64,000 nt of DNA from Candidatus Colwellbacteria bacterium CG10_big_fil_rev_8_21_14_0_10_42_22 (GTDB taxonomy: Bacteria; Patescibacteriota; Minisyncoccia; UBA6257; Colwellbacteraceae). The stretch spans positions 19,485-83,484 of the forward strand of contig PFAH01000007.1 in assembly GCA_002773725.1 (NCBI GenBank), read 5' to 3'. This document shows positions 37,632 to 48,342 of this stretch, piece by piece. The notes beneath the pieces are model-generated. The model saw only the letters and a list, made by a program, of their open reading frames with translations. It was not told where the DNA came from and searched no databases. Position numbers and translations under genes: made by a program. The stretch's first letter is position 1. Every line of letters begins with the position of its first letter.

Positions 37632-38822
37632 CTATTGTATTTTCTCAAATAGTGGTGGTGGAGTTATTACTTCATCACTCTCTAGCGCAAATCCCCTTAA
37701 CCCGCTCCTGCTCGTGATAATTCTAACTGGACCACCGTGGAAAGCGATTAATAATCTTCCGAGATTTGCGGGATCTAGCTGCCCAGCTGGCGCCCATCCT
37801 TTGCGTTCTTCCCAGGCCTTTTCAGAAATAGAATCATTATCTGGCCACCAATAAGGAATTAGTCCTGTTGTAGCACGCCTTAATTTGGGAGCTCCAATTG
37901 AACCCCTAAGAGATGGGCGAACATCGCTCTCTTCTTTTACTCCAAGAAGTGAGTATTCGAGGCCTTGGTCTACACCATTATATGCTCCTCCAAAAGAAGG
38001 CGAAGGCGGAAAACGAAATAAATCTCTATCTCGTAAAGACAATCTGAACTCATCTGCCTCGTCGGATTTATGAACACCCAAAAGGCTTTCGACTAGGGCG
38101 CTACTTTCCCCACTTTCTTTGAGGTATCTTCTTATCTCAAAAGAATAGTTAGTTTGTACTCCGGCTAGGCTTTTGCCAAGCGAATAGAGCTCTTCTCTAC
38201 TTAATCCTTCGAGTCCACCCCTTTGATCTATATATTCTCTCCTTAACTTTTCTGTGGCAGAAGAAGAAAGGCCAGCTAAACTTGCTAATACTATGTGTGA
38301 GGGGATTCCCGATTCTATCATTTCCTCCCTGAAGCGCCACGACGCTTCAGAATCTAAACTAACCAAACTCTCTGCTATGGCGAAACGCCCAGCCCTGCTA
38401 AGCAAGTGCCGTCTTATAGAATATGATCTAGGCGAATCTTCACCCGCTAGGGAGCGCAAAACAGTATCCACCAAAAAGCCCGTACTTTTCTTTCCTTTTT
38501 CGTAACTGGTGGAGTCGTCAATAGCCCCGATATCTATCGCTTCGACTATTCTATCTAACACCTGATAGAAAGTATCATCTACCTGCTCTACTGCGGTTCT
38601 CTGCCCAGTATAATCATTGGCCTCAAGTGCACCGACCCTTTTTGCCTCCCTTGTCGCCTTATTTATGATATCGCCTATTTGAAAGACGATTTGCTCCTTT
38701 CTACTAGGGATAGGAGCATCCCATAGGGGAGTTGTTTCATCTGACGACTCTTCATTGTTTTTTTCGCTTTTCCCAAAAAATCTCATTACTTTATATTCTA
38801 CTAAAAAGAATGTTATTAACAA
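37632..38822 (-). CDS. Hypothetical protein (Ser/Leu/Glu-rich, ~380-396 aa)
   Basis: Long ORF with an ATG at 38785. The upstream extension uses TTG. Confidence 0.55.
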   Translation of the reverse strand: MLITFFLVEYKVMRFFGKSEKNNEESSDETTPLWDAPIPSRKEQIVFQIGDIINKATREAKRVGALEANDYTGQRTAVEQVDDTFYQVLDRIVEAIDIGAIDDSTSYEKGKKSTGFLVDTVLRSLAGEDSPRSYSIRRHLLSRAGRFAIAESLVSLDSEASWRFREEMIESGIPSHIVLASLAGLSSSATEKLRREYIDQRGGLEGLSREELYSLGKSLAGVQTNYSFEIRRYLKESGESSALVESLLGVHKSDEADEFRLSLRDRDLFRFPPSPSFGGAYNGVDQGLEYSLLGVKEESDVRPSLRGSIGAPKLRRATTGLIPYWWPDNDSISEKAWEERKGWAPAGQLDPANLGRLLIAFHGGPVRIITSRSGLRGFALESDEVITPPPLFEKIQ

Positions 38823-38845
38823 TACGGAAGCGTGAGCATATTAAC

Positions 38846-38940
38846 GAGCTCTGTATCGTGGATGACGTTCGGACTGAGATTATGACTTTAATGCTTGAAG
38901 TGGATACGGGTAATGGGCGATGTTAGGGCCCGTTTGGGGG
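38846..38940. repeat. Intergenic repeat copy B
   Basis: atcgtGGATGACGTTcggact ... gggcGATGTTAGGGCCCGTTT, followed by TATAAT at 38941-38946. Confidence 0.6.
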
Positions 38941-39339
38941 TATAATCTCAATATGGAATCACATCAATTTAGACATTTTGCTCAAGTGCATATTGATACC
39001 ACTAGAGATATTTTCGGAGTTGAGTTAGATTTTGATGAGAAATCGATATTGGAATTAGACAATTTAATCCAGAAAGGTTGGCCAGATGAGCCTCCTATTC
39101 AGATCGATAACGTCATATTGTTAATCGGTAGTTTTCTGGGAGAAGCGATAATAAAAACACTCAATGGAGAATGGGAGGAAACCCAACAGGGATGGGGGAT
39201 AAGGGTTAAAAATGCTACCCTAATGGTGTTTTCTAAGGTTAAGAAAAGGTTATTGAATGGTATGGAAGACTCCATTTCTTTTTACTATACAAGCACGAAA
39301 AAGATGTTGGAGGATGATTTTAGGGTCATCTCAAAATAA
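38920..39339 (+). CDS. Hypothetical protein
   Basis: 139-aa ORF. An alternative start MESHQF at 38953 lies 6 nt after a TATAAT box and could give a leaderless transcript. Confidence 0.5.
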   Translation: MLGPVWGYNLNMESHQFRHFAQVHIDTTRDIFGVELDFDEKSILELDNLIQKGWPDEPPIQIDNVILLIGSFLGEAIIKTLNGEWEETQQGWGIRVKNATLMVFSKVKKRLLNGMEDSISFYYTSTKKMLEDDFRVISK

Positions 39340-39360
39340 ACAAGTAATCAGATTGATTCT

Positions 39361-39390
39361 GCTCCCCCTAATAGACGACGTTAGAACCTG
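39361..39390. repeat. Intergenic repeat copy C
   Basis: GCTCCCCctaataGACGACGTTAGAACCTgt. Confidence 0.6.
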
Positions 39391-40088
39391 TCTTCAATGA
39401 AATTGTTCAGGAAATTACGTAAGACCTGCTTAGTATGCGGTGATTCTTTAGTTTCTACTTCTGTGTTCCTCATCTTTGCCAAATTCTCTAAATGTATAGG
39501 TTTTATCTCTGGATGGAATTGAACCAACCTAATGTTGTTTCCGATAGCTATAGCTTGGTTATTACACATTTCAGACGATGCGAGCACTTTCCAATTATCT
39601 TTCAGTTCTTCTACAGAATATCCATGAGAAATTTGAGAGATAAACTTTTCTGGCATACCTTCAAATAATGGATCCTGCTTTCCATTTTCATTCAAACTTA
39701 TTACGAAAGAGCCAAACTCTTTGCCTTTTGGATTCGGAACTACCTCTGCCCCAAGAGCCCTAGCTGTGAATTCAAGTCCGCCGCATATACCTAATAAAGG
39801 CACTCCGAGGTTAACAACCCTTTTAATAAACTCATATACCTCTCTCATCCACGGCTTCTCTCGCCCCTCAATAGGCTCATATGCAGACCGTCCTATTATT
39901 ATTCCTGAATACTCAGATGGATCATCTGGGACCTCTTTTGATGCATCTACTACTACAAATCTTTCCTCGCCAATATTCATGGCATCCGCGAACATCTTTA
40001 CATAAGGCCCCTGTATTTTTTCATCATTCGCTTTCAGCTCATCGTCGTCTGAAAGAATCTCCAGTATTAATATCTTTTTCATACCCAA
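39381..40088 (-). CDS. Class I glutamine amidotransferase-like protein
   Basis: Nucleophile-elbow region LLGICGG and a GATase1-like length and pattern. Confidence 0.65.
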   Translation of the reverse strand: MGMKKILILEILSDDDELKANDEKIQGPYVKMFADAMNIGEERFVVVDASKEVPDDPSEYSGIIIGRSAYEPIEGREKPWMREVYEFIKRVVNLGVPLLGICGGLEFTARALGAEVVPNPKGKEFGSFVISLNENGKQDPLFEGMPEKFISQISHGYSVEELKDNWKVLASSEMCNNQAIAIGNNIRLVQFHPEIKPIHLENLAKMRNTEVETKESPHTKQVLRNFLNNFIEDRF

Positions 40089-40159
40089 AGTATACCAAAA
40101 CCTATTAACGTGCTCCCTGCATCGGATTCGAACTTCTAATATTTATTGAAAACTTTTGG

Positions 40160-40199
40160 TGGGCCAGGATGGATTCGAACCATCGGCCTGTCGCTTATA
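40160..40199 (-). repeat. Duplicated 3' fragment (40 nt) of the tRNA-Ile(UAU) gene
   Basis: Identical to 40239-40278 (T-arm and acceptor 3' strand). A further degenerate T-loop remnant lies at about 40105-40130. Confidence 0.7.
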
Positions 40200-40237
40200 C
40201 ATTCGTGTAGCTATATCGTTCGGGCACAATAAATATG

Positions 40238-40310
40238 TGGGCCAGGATGGATTCGAACCATCGGCCTGTCGCTTATAAGACGACTGCTCTAACCGCTGAG
40301 CTACTGGCCC
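40238..40310 (-). tRNA. tRNA-Ile (anticodon TAT), no encoded CCA
   Basis: Cloverleaf with acceptor GGGCCAG/CTGGCCC, D-arm GCTC...GAGC, anticodon loop CTTATAA and T-loop TTCGAAT. Confidence 0.75.
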
Positions 40311-40440
40311 ACATATTTATCATACCCTCACTCCTAGCTATAAGACGACTGCTCTAACCGCTGAGCTACTGGCCCACATATTTATTATACCTTCACCCAT
40401 AGCCATAAGACGACCATCCTAACTGACTGTTCCCGGTTTG
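40274..40440. repeat. 65-bp tandem repeat (about 2.5 copies) duplicating the 5' half of the tRNA-Ile plus flank
   Basis: ctataagacgactgctctaaccgctgagctactggcccacatatttat... recurs at 40274, 40339 and 40404. The third copy is degenerate. Confidence 0.7.
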
Positions 40441-40535
40441 TCTAAATTCCAATGAATTTAGTCACGAACCGCAATCCGCCGTGGCATTCTGGCGAAGGCG
40501 GAAGCTACGCACTCCCAACTAATTGGAAATATATC

Positions 40536-42377
40536 CTAGGCGGATATCTGTTTCAATCCAAACTTCTTAATTAATTTTTCAAATTGATCTTGTTCCAAGA
40601 CCTCCTGTTTCAGAAGGGTGTCCGCTATTGCTTTAAGGGCTTTTGGATTACTGGAAACTATTTTCTTAGCCGTTTTAAACGCGTTGTTTATAAACAACTC
40701 AACTTCGTTATCTATTTTTGACGCTACTTCTTCAGAATAGCCCTTACCAGCAATCATGTCTCTTCCCAAAAATACGTGGTCATCAGATCTATCAAAAGAG
40801 ACCGGACCAAGCTTCTCGCTCATGCCGAATTTTGTAACCAACATGCGTGCCAACCGAGACGCTTCTTTCAGATCACTAGATGCACCCGTGCTTATATCTT
40901 TAAATTGAATACCTTCAGCTACATATCCCCCCATTGCCACGGCTAGATCTGCTAAGAATTGAGATTTTGTTTTAAGGTGTCTATCTTCAGTTGGAAGATT
41001 AAGGGTGTATCCACCAGCGCTTCCTCGCGAAACAATAGAAATCTTGTGTACTGGGTCGGAGTGTTTAAGTCCAGCAGAGACCAAAGCATGTCCCGCTTCG
41101 TGATAAGCAGTTATTTTACGTTCTTTATCCGAAACCAACCGACTTTTACGTGCTGGTCCCAGTGTTACTTTCTCAACAGAGTCATAAATATTTTGTAAAC
41201 CAACAGATTTTTTACCTTCCTGAACGGCCAATATAGCGGCCTCATTAATAAGGTTTGCTAAATCGGCTCCCGAGAACCCTGGAGTTCTAGTGGCAATCTT
41301 TTTGAAGTCGACGTCTTTATCCAAAGGAATTTTTTGAGAATGAATTTTGAGAATTGCCTCCCTTTCCCGAATATCCGGAAGGTCTAAATACACCCTTCTA
41401 TCAAATCTCCCCGGCCTTAGAAGCGCCTGATCCAGGACATCTGGTCTATTCGTAGCAGCTAAGACAATAACCTTGGAGTCCCTATCAAATCCATCCATCT
41501 CAACCAAGATTTGATTAAGAGTTTGCTCTCTTTCATCATGTCCTCCGCCAAGACCAGTGCCTCTTTCTCGTCCAACGGCATCAATTTCATCTATAAAAAG
41601 AATAGAGGGAGCGGCCTTTTTAGCTGTATTGAAGGCATCTCGAGTTCTAGATGCCCCAACCCCCACAAACATTTCTACAAACTCGGAAGCCGATAGGTGA
41701 AAAAAGGGTACGCCCGCCTCACCAGCCACAGCTCTAGCTAGAAGAGTTTTTCCTGTTCCCGGAGGGCCCATCAGAAGTACTCCTCGTGGAATTTTGGCAC
41801 CAATACTTAGATATTTTTTGGGCTCTTTAAGGAAGCTAACAATTTCTAAGAGCTCCTGCTTGGCCTCTTTCAACCCCGCAACATCTTTAAAAGTAATTTT
41901 CTCTTTGAAGTTTGTGAAAAGATGAATATTGGCTCTGCCGAAGGTAAATGCCTGATTTACCCCACCCTTTGCTTGGCGAAAAATAAACCAAAAAATTAAG
42001 ACGAAAATCAAGATGGGCAAAAGGGTGGGCAGCAAAACGCCCATCACGAACAAAAATCCCGATTGATCAACGATTTTAATATCTACATTCTTTAAATCTT
42101 CTGCGGATATACCAAAACTTGTAAGTGTTTCTACCGCGCCCACTCCACCCTCCTTTTGAGAAGTATATTCATCACCTCCATCAGCAAGCACAATGGTTAT
42201 TTCTTCTCCGGCTACTTCCAAAGATTTCACTTCGCCTGCTTCAATCTTTGTCGCTAGCTCGCTAAGAGTTAGTACTTTGGGCTCTTGGGGAATTTGGTAA
42301 AAAAGCGAAAAAAGGAGGGTAAGCGAAAAAAGGATAACCGCTACCCTAAGAATGCTTTTATACAGATTCTTCTCCAT
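40536..42377 (-). CDS. ftsH: ATP-dependent zinc metalloprotease FtsH
   Basis: Walker [12 protein letters not shown] region and HEAGHAL zinc site. Confidence 0.9.
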   Translation of the reverse strand: MEKNLYKSILRVAVILFSLTLLFSLFYQIPQEPKVLTLSELATKIEAGEVKSLEVAGEEITIVLADGGDEYTSQKEGGVGAVETLTSFGISAEDLKNVDIKIVDQSGFLFVMGVLLPTLLPILIFVLIFWFIFRQAKGGVNQAFTFGRANIHLFTNFKEKITFKDVAGLKEAKQELLEIVSFLKEPKKYLSIGAKIPRGVLLMGPPGTGKTLLARAVAGEAGVPFFHLSASEFVEMFVGVGASRTRDAFNTAKKAAPSILFIDEIDAVGRERGTGLGGGHDEREQTLNQILVEMDGFDRDSKVIVLAATNRPDVLDQALLRPGRFDRRVYLDLPDIREREAILKIHSQKIPLDKDVDFKKIATRTPGFSGADLANLINEAAILAVQEGKKSVGLQNIYDSVEKVTLGPARKSRLVSDKERKITAYHEAGHALVSAGLKHSDPVHKISIVSRGSAGGYTLNLPTEDRHLKTKSQFLADLAVAMGGYVAEGIQFKDISTGASSDLKEASRLARMLVTKFGMSEKLGPVSFDRSDDHVFLGRDMIAGKGYSEEVASKIDNEVELFINNAFKTAKKIVSSNPKALKAIADTLLKQEVLEQDQFEKLIKKFGLKQISA

Positions 42378-43641
42378 CTATTTTGATTTCTTCTTGCGCG
42401 TTGCCTGCGTCAATATCTACTTGCGGTGGTGTAGGGGTAGAAGCAGGAGCTCCACCAGCCATTTTAAGAACAATTCTTTTTTCGTCGGGCTTGATGGAGG
42501 CGATTACAAAATCATAATTTTTGCCCGCTTCAAGATTTTGTTTTAGCTCTTCAACAGAACCAAATTCAGATACGTGGATTAGGCCCATCAAGTCGTGCCC
42601 AATTTTTACTAAAGCGCCAAACGGATTGAGCTTGTAAACTTCACCTTTTATCTTTTCACCCTCCTTAAAGCTTTCGCTAACTTTATTCCATGGATCGGAC
42701 TGAAGAGCCTTCAAAGACAAAGACACGCGCCCTTCTTTAATCTCGGCTATTTTTGCTTTAACCATATCACCGACAGCCACAACCTCTTTGGGGTTATCCA
42801 GCATGTTATGGCTCAATTCTGATATATGAATTAAGCCCTCAACCTCTGGTTGGTCGGCGAACTTAACAAATGCGCCAAAGTCAGCCACCCCAGAAACAAT
42901 ACAAGAAACTTCATCACCGACATTGTATTCCTTCAACAAGTCCTTAACATTTTCCGTCTCAACCTCTCTTTCGGAAAGAATCAGCTTATTGGTTCTAGGA
43001 TTAATATTAATGATTTTCACGTCCAAGCTTTGGCCAATAAACTCTTTTAACTCTTCAGCAACCTTTGACCTATCGCCGCTATCGCTTTGCGGGTAATGCT
43101 CATTAGAGAGTTGAGATGCGGGTAGAAATCCTTGAACACCCTTAGCGTCCAAAAGCAGACCACCAGAATTAGATCCAGTTACCTTTGCGGGGAATGGCTC
43201 GCCATTTTCTCTAAACTCCTTGAGCTCTTCCCACGCCTTTTGTTTACCCGCCTCTATTAAAGACAGCTCTATTAAACCATCTTCATTTTCTGGAGAAACA
43301 ACCTTGGCGGTTACTACATCTCCAATCTCCAATTTTTTCAAAATATCCTTGGCATTAATAAGCTCAATGCCATAAATAACACCAGTACCAACTTTGGGCA
43401 CATTAAAATATACGGCACGCCTCCCTTTTTCTATTAAGGTTACGCTAATTAACTCACCATCCCTCAAAATAGGCATCAAGCCCGGGTTTGATTTGAGCAT
43501 TTGAAGCTCAAGGGAATCTTGTTTTTTCAGATTTTGTCTCATAAAGACGTGGTGATTATAGGGAAAATAGGATTGAAAAGCAACGCCTAGAAAGGTAAAA
43601 TTAGAAAGTATGGTAATAAGCCTTTTAGGGCCATCAGGCAT
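42358..43641 (-). CDS. rpsA: 30S ribosomal protein S1 (multi-S1-domain)
   Basis: Repeated S1 domains. The true start is probably MRQNLKK near 43542. Confidence 0.8.
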   Translation of the reverse strand: MPDGPKRLITILSNFTFLGVAFQSYFPYNHHVFMRQNLKKQDSLELQMLKSNPGLMPILRDGELISVTLIEKGRRAVYFNVPKVGTGVIYGIELINAKDILKKLEIGDVVTAKVVSPENEDGLIELSLIEAGKQKAWEELKEFRENGEPFPAKVTGSNSGGLLLDAKGVQGFLPASQLSNEHYPQSDSGDRSKVAEELKEFIGQSLDVKIININPRTNKLILSEREVETENVKDLLKEYNVGDEVSCIVSGVADFGAFVKFADQPEVEGLIHISELSHNMLDNPKEVVAVGDMVKAKIAEIKEGRVSLSLKALQSDPWNKVSESFKEGEKIKGEVYKLNPFGALVKIGHDLMGLIHVSEFGSVEELKQNLEAGKNYDFVIASIKPDEKRIVLKMAGGAPASTPTPPQVDIDAGNAQEEIKIDGEESV

Positions 43642-44167
43642 TAGGTGTCAGGTGGCCGATTTTAGTCTATTAGTTGATCCCCCGACCAAAAAGAAGGGTA
43701 ATTTGGTGCTTGAAACAGAGGTTGATGTAAGCAAAAAAGATCTTCCGGAAGAGGCGGTAGTGGCGGGTGCGGGTGAATATGAGATATCCGGCGTTAGGGT
43801 TAGGGGTATAAATCTGGGCAATGGAGGAGGCGTTTTACAGACCGCCTATGCTGTTAAATTTGACGACATCCGCCTCGGGTTTTTGGCGGGTCTTAAAAAG
43901 GCGCCCAACCAAAACGCCCTTGATGAATTGGGCGAGACAGACATTCTTTTTGTGAATATAGAATCATCCGTCTTGCCAAAGAAAGAGCTTGTGTCCCTAA
44001 TAAAAAGAATAGAACCGAGCATTCTAATAGCCCCAACGGACAAAGGCGCAAAAACACTGATGGAAGAATTTGGTCAAAAGGTTAGTAGGGAAGAGAAGCT
44101 GGTAATCAAGGCAAAAGACATCAACAGAGAAGATAAGAATAAAATTATATGGCTGAAAAGCGAGTAG
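43610..44167 (+). CDS. Hypothetical protein (degenerate MBL-fold-like?)
   Basis: 185-aa ORF immediately upstream of gyrA. No clear catalytic motifs. Confidence 0.45.
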   Translation: MVISLLGPSGIRCQVADFSLLVDPPTKKKGNLVLETEVDVSKKDLPEEAVVAGAGEYEISGVRVRGINLGNGGGVLQTAYAVKFDDIRLGFLAGLKKAPNQNALDELGETDILFVNIESSVLPKKELVSLIKRIEPSILIAPTDKGAKTLMEEFGQKVSREEKLVIKAKDINREDKNKIIWLKSE

Positions 44168-46578
44168 AAAAAGCCAAAATAAAAGAGGCCGGCATTACAG
44201 CTGAACTTAAAGAGTCATATCTTGACTATGCAATGTCTGTTATCGTCGGTCGTGCCCTCCCCGACGCCAGAGATGGACTAAAACCGGTTCATAGAAGAAT
44301 TTTGTGGGCTATGTGGAGCGCTGGCGCCACCTACGGTGCTAAGTATAGAAAGTCCGCCAACATTATAGGAGAGGTGATGGGTAAATATCATCCTCATGGC
44401 GACAGCGCCATTTATGACACCATCGTCCGTATGGCTCAATGGTTCTCTTTAAGATATCCACTCATTGATGGGCAGGGAAACTTCGGTTCTCTAGATGGCG
44501 ATCCGGCTGCTGCCCATAGATATACAGAATGTAGATTGTCTAAGGTGGCCGAACCTATGCTGGCCGATATAGAAAAGAACACAGTAGATTTTGCCCCAAA
44601 CTATGACGACACACGCAAAGAACCGTTGGTTCTACCATCCAAGTATCCAAACCTTTTAATAAATGGCTCGGATGGGATTGCGGTTGGTATGGCAACCAAA
44701 ATTCCTCCTCACAACATGGTGGAAGTTATCGACGCCACCAAAGCGCTTATAGACAAACCCAAAGCCACATCTGAAGAGTTGATGGAGTACGTTCAAGGAC
44801 CAGATTTTCCAACAGGAGGCATTATTTACGACCGCAAGGCCATTATAGATGCGTATTCGAGCGGAAGAGGGGCTATCACAATCCGCGCCAAGGTGGATGT
44901 TGGCGAAAAACAGATTGTTATTAAAGAAATTCCCTATCAGGTGAACAAGTCAGATTTACTAATAAAGATGGCGGAACTTGTGCGAGACAGGAGGGTTGAG
45001 GGAATAAAGGATATTAGAGATGAGTCGGACAAAGACGATATGGTGCGCGTTGTGGTTGACCTTAAGCAGACAGCTGTCCCGCAAAAGATAATGAATCAGT
45101 TGTGGAAGTACACAGATCTTCAGAAGGATTACCACCTCAATATGGTAGCCCTGGCCGACGGACTAAAGCCGGAAACTATGTCTTTGAGGGACGCCCTAAC
45201 CAGCTTCGTGGAGCATCGAAGCGAGGTGGTTACCCGCAGGACGAAGTACGACCTAGAAAGAGCCAAAGAAAGGGCACACATATTGGAAGGCCTTTCTAAA
45301 GCGCTCGACAACATAGATAAGGTTATTGAAACTATCAAGAAGTCCTCAGACAAAGAGCAGGCCAAAAAGAATTTAATGAGCAAATTTAAACTGACGGATG
45401 TTCAATCAACCGCCATTTTGGAAATGCGCCTTCAAACCCTAGCTGCTCTTGAGAGAAAAAAGATAGAGGATGAGCTTAAAGAGAAAAGAGCCATTATTAA
45501 AGAGTTAACAGAGCTTCTGGGGAATCCCAAGAAAATAATGGGAGTAGTTAAAAAGGAATTAGATGAGGTTAAAAAAGATTTTGGAGATGAGCGTAAAACG
45601 AAAGTGGTGACTGGCAAGCTTAGGGAGTTCGCTACCGAAGATTTAATTCCCCAAGAAGAGACAGTAATCACCATGTCAGGGGACGGGTATATTAAGCGTA
45701 TCCCCCCCACCGCCTTTAGAAGCCAAAAGAGGGGGGGCAAAGGCCTTATGGGAACCGCTATCGGCGAAGAGGATATACTCTCTCACCTTTTAAGCGCTAA
45801 TACGCACGACAACATGCTTTTCTTCACAGAAGACGGAAAAGCATTTCAGACCAAGGCCTACGAAATTCCCCAAGGAACACGCACCAGTAAGGGTAGGGCG
45901 ATACACAACTTTTTAGAGATACCAAGCGGAGAAAAGATAAGCGCCATCATTGCCTATTCCAAGGATGATATCGGTAAGGGCAACTATTTAGTAATGGCAA
46001 CCGTAGACGGCGTTATAAAGAAAACCAACCTTTCTAACTTTTTGAATGTTAGAAAGAGCGGTATCATCGCCATCAATCTAAAGAAAGACGATCAATTAAG
46101 GTGGGTGGATTTATCAGCAGAAGGAGACGAGGTTATAATGGCAACCCTCCAAGGCAGGTCTATCCGTTTTAAGGAATCGGACGTCAGGGCTATGGGCAGA
46201 ACGGCCGCCGGAGTTAAGGGCATTACTCTTAAGAAAGGAGATCGAGTAAATTCATTTGACGTGATTAAGCCCGATACCGAAGCGAATTTCCTCGTAGTCA
46301 TGGAAAATGGTTACGCCAAAAAGACATCTCTTAAGGAGTACAAAGTTCAAAGACGCGGAGGGTCGGGCATCATAACTGCCAAAATCACAGATAAAACAGG
46401 CCCCCTAGTAGCGAGCCATGTTATAATCGAAGAAGAAGAACTTTTGGCTATTTCAACGAAGGGTCAGGTTCTTAAAACAAGAATAAAAGATATTAGAAAG
46501 ATCGGCCGATCTACTCAAGGGGTCAAAATTATGACGCTCAAATCGGGAGATAAGTTGGCTGGATCTGCGGTGTTTTAG
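44149..46578 (+). CDS. gyrA: DNA gyrase subunit A
   Basis: GyrA N-terminal catalytic region (the catalytic Tyr context is present) and C-terminal beta-pinwheel repeats. Confidence 0.9.
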   Translation: MAEKRVEKAKIKEAGITAELKESYLDYAMSVIVGRALPDARDGLKPVHRRILWAMWSAGATYGAKYRKSANIIGEVMGKYHPHGDSAIYDTIVRMAQWFSLRYPLIDGQGNFGSLDGDPAAAHRYTECRLSKVAEPMLADIEKNTVDFAPNYDDTRKEPLVLPSKYPNLLINGSDGIAVGMATKIPPHNMVEVIDATKALIDKPKATSEELMEYVQGPDFPTGGIIYDRKAIIDAYSSGRGAITIRAKVDVGEKQIVIKEIPYQVNKSDLLIKMAELVRDRRVEGIKDIRDESDKDDMVRVVVDLKQTAVPQKIMNQLWKYTDLQKDYHLNMVALADGLKPETMSLRDALTSFVEHRSEVVTRRTKYDLERAKERAHILEGLSKALDNIDKVIETIKKSSDKEQAKKNLMSKFKLTDVQSTAILEMRLQTLAALERKKIEDELKEKRAIIKELTELLGNPKKIMGVVKKELDEVKKDFGDERKTKVVTGKLREFATEDLIPQEETVITMSGDGYIKRIPPTAFRSQKRGGKGLMGTAIGEEDILSHLLSANTHDNMLFFTEDGKAFQTKAYEIPQGTRTSKGRAIHNFLEIPSGEKISAIIAYSKDDIGKGNYLVMATVDGVIKKTNLSNFLNVRKSGIIAINLKKDDQLRWVDLSAEGDEVIMATLQGRSIRFKESDVRAMGRTAAGVKGITLKKGDRVNSFDVIKPDTEANFLVVMENGYAKKTSLKEYKVQRRGGSGIITAKITDKTGPLVASHVIIEEEELLAISTKGQVLKTRIKDIRKIGRSTQGVKIMTLKSGDKLAGSAVF

Positions 46579-46585
46579 GCATCTC

Positions 46586-47866
46586 ATGCAGACACAATTT
46601 ACAAACAAACAAATACTCTTTTTAACGGGCGCGGGTTTAGTGGTGGGTTTAATAGCTCTTGTCTTGACGGGCGTTTTGCCTGGCAAACGGGTGCAAGAAA
46701 CTCAAATTGCTGAACTAGAAATTTGGGGAATAGACAGCGAAGCGGTTTGGAAAGATGTTATTAAGGGCTTTGAATCTACATATCCGGGCGTTGATGTCTC
46801 GTATAGAAAATTCAGTCATAGTAGCTACGAGGACTCTTTGATAAATGGATTGGCTGCCGGCAATGGTCCGGACATTTTGTTTTTTGACAACAACTGGCTT
46901 TTACAACATCGCGACAAGATAGTTCCGCTTCCCACAACCAAAATGGGGTTAACTACTCTCAACACGCTTTTCCCACAAACGATTGAAAAGGATTTTGTTA
47001 TAGACGGAAGAATTTATGCACTTCCTTTATATATAGATACTCTATTTCTCGCATACAATAGGAATCATTTTGATCAAGCTGGAATTGTTGCACCGCCCAC
47101 AACTTGGGCAGAGCTTGAAGAAAACATCAAAGATTTAAAAATCACTAATGAAAAAGGGTTAGAAAGGGCTGCTTTTGCGATTGGCGGGTCTTCGGCGAGC
47201 GTTAAGAATGCGCCCGACATTTTAAAGCTGATATTAATGCAGGCAGGCGCACCTATGGTTAACAGCAAGTTGTCCCAAGCAGATATTTATAGCGGAGATC
47301 GAGTGGACGTCTTCTCTGGCTACACGGCATACGCAGATCCTAAATCCTCAACATATACTTGGGATAACGACACGAGAGACAACCTTGACGCTTTTGCTAA
47401 AGGAGATGTGTCTGGTGTCTTTGTTTATTCACGCCAACTGGAAGAGATTCGCTCTAAAAACTCACTCCTAGATATTGGCATTGGGTCCATGCCACAAGCT
47501 ACTTCACAAGCGATTAATTATCCTGATTATTATGGACTAGCGGTTTCTAATAAATCTAAGGATCCAAGTATTGCTTGGGATTTTATAATCTATGCAACCA
47601 CAGATAAGCAAAGCGCTAGTTATTATCAATCAGCGATGGATTTACCACCCGCTTTGAGGTTTTTGATAGGCGAACTCAAAAATGAATCAGGTAGAATTGG
47701 TATTTTGGCTAGGCAGGCACTAACCGCTAAAAGTTGGTTGCAACCCAATCAAAAAGCGTTTGATGGTTATTTTGATCAGGCGATAGAATCCGTCTTAGAC
47801 GAAACTCTAAAAGCAAGGGATGCTTTAGAAAGATTACAAAAACAAACAACCGAACTCTATAGATGA
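46586..47866 (+). CDS. ABC transporter extracellular solute-binding protein (family 1, sugar-type)
   Basis: N-terminal TM/signal anchor and an SBP_bac_1-like pattern. Confidence 0.65.
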   Translation: MQTQFTNKQILFLTGAGLVVGLIALVLTGVLPGKRVQETQIAELEIWGIDSEAVWKDVIKGFESTYPGVDVSYRKFSHSSYEDSLINGLAAGNGPDILFFDNNWLLQHRDKIVPLPTTKMGLTTLNTLFPQTIEKDFVIDGRIYALPLYIDTLFLAYNRNHFDQAGIVAPPTTWAELEENIKDLKITNEKGLERAAFAIGGSSASVKNAPDILKLILMQAGAPMVNSKLSQADIYSGDRVDVFSGYTAYADPKSSTYTWDNDTRDNLDAFAKGDVSGVFVYSRQLEEIRSKNSLLDIGIGSMPQATSQAINYPDYYGLAVSNKSKDPSIAWDFIIYATTDKQSASYYQSAMDLPPALRFLIGELKNESGRIGILARQALTAKSWLQPNQKAFDGYFDQAIESVLDETLKARDALERLQKQTTELYR

Positions 47867-48342
47867 TTAAAGAATTTATAGTCAAAACTACTCTTGCCCA
47901 AGGATTGCCCTCTAGGATTATTCCGGAATGTGATCCAACCTTTTCTTCAGACAGCCCTCTTCCTCCATGTAATGAGTGTTTTTTGGCTCAGACCGGCTAT
48001 AACGTCATGATGGTTTTGGTGTGGTTCGCCTTTGTCATAGTTATATTTATGGCGATTTTTGGTGGCTTCAGGATGTTTATAACCCTAGGTAATCCAGACC
48101 AACTCAATAAAGCCAAGAAACAGATCACAAATGCTATCATAGGCCTTGTCATTGTTCTTTTATCGTGGACGATAATTAACGTCATTTTCACAACATTTAC
48201 AAAACTAGGGGGCAGTTGGTGGCAATTACATCAATTGGAGTGTGAAACAACCTTGCAAGATTGTCAGATAAAGTGTGAAGAGAGATATGCATCAAGTACG
48301 GACGTTTTGGAGTGTCAAAATCAGTGCCCAACAGCCAGATAG
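47863..48342 (+). CDS. T4SS pilin-like (TrbC/VirB2-type) small membrane protein with Cys-rich tail
   Basis: TM hairpin ...MMVLVWFAFVIVIFMAIFGG...KAKKQITNAIIGLVIVLL... and a C-terminal tail with 6 Cys. Confidence 0.4.
   Translation: MIKEFIVKTTLAQGLPSRIIPECDPTFSSDSPLPPCNECFLAQTGYNVMMVLVWFAFVIVIFMAIFGGFRMFITLGNPDQLNKAKKQITNAIIGLVIVLLSWTIINVIFTTFTKLGGSWWQLHQLECETTLQDCQIKCEERYASSTDVLECQNQCPTAR

Noticed and set aside
37537-39390. Integron attC sites separating gene cassettes
   Set aside because: The repeats lack the internal inverted-repeat (R''-L''/L'-R') structure and the GTTRRRY core of attC sites. The motifs are direct repeats, not palindromic.
40160-40440. Possible CRISPR array at the tRNA-Ile locus
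   Set aside because: The repeats are tRNA-gene fragments and a 65-bp tandem duplication with homologous 'spacers', not short repeats alternating with unique spacers. No cas genes present.
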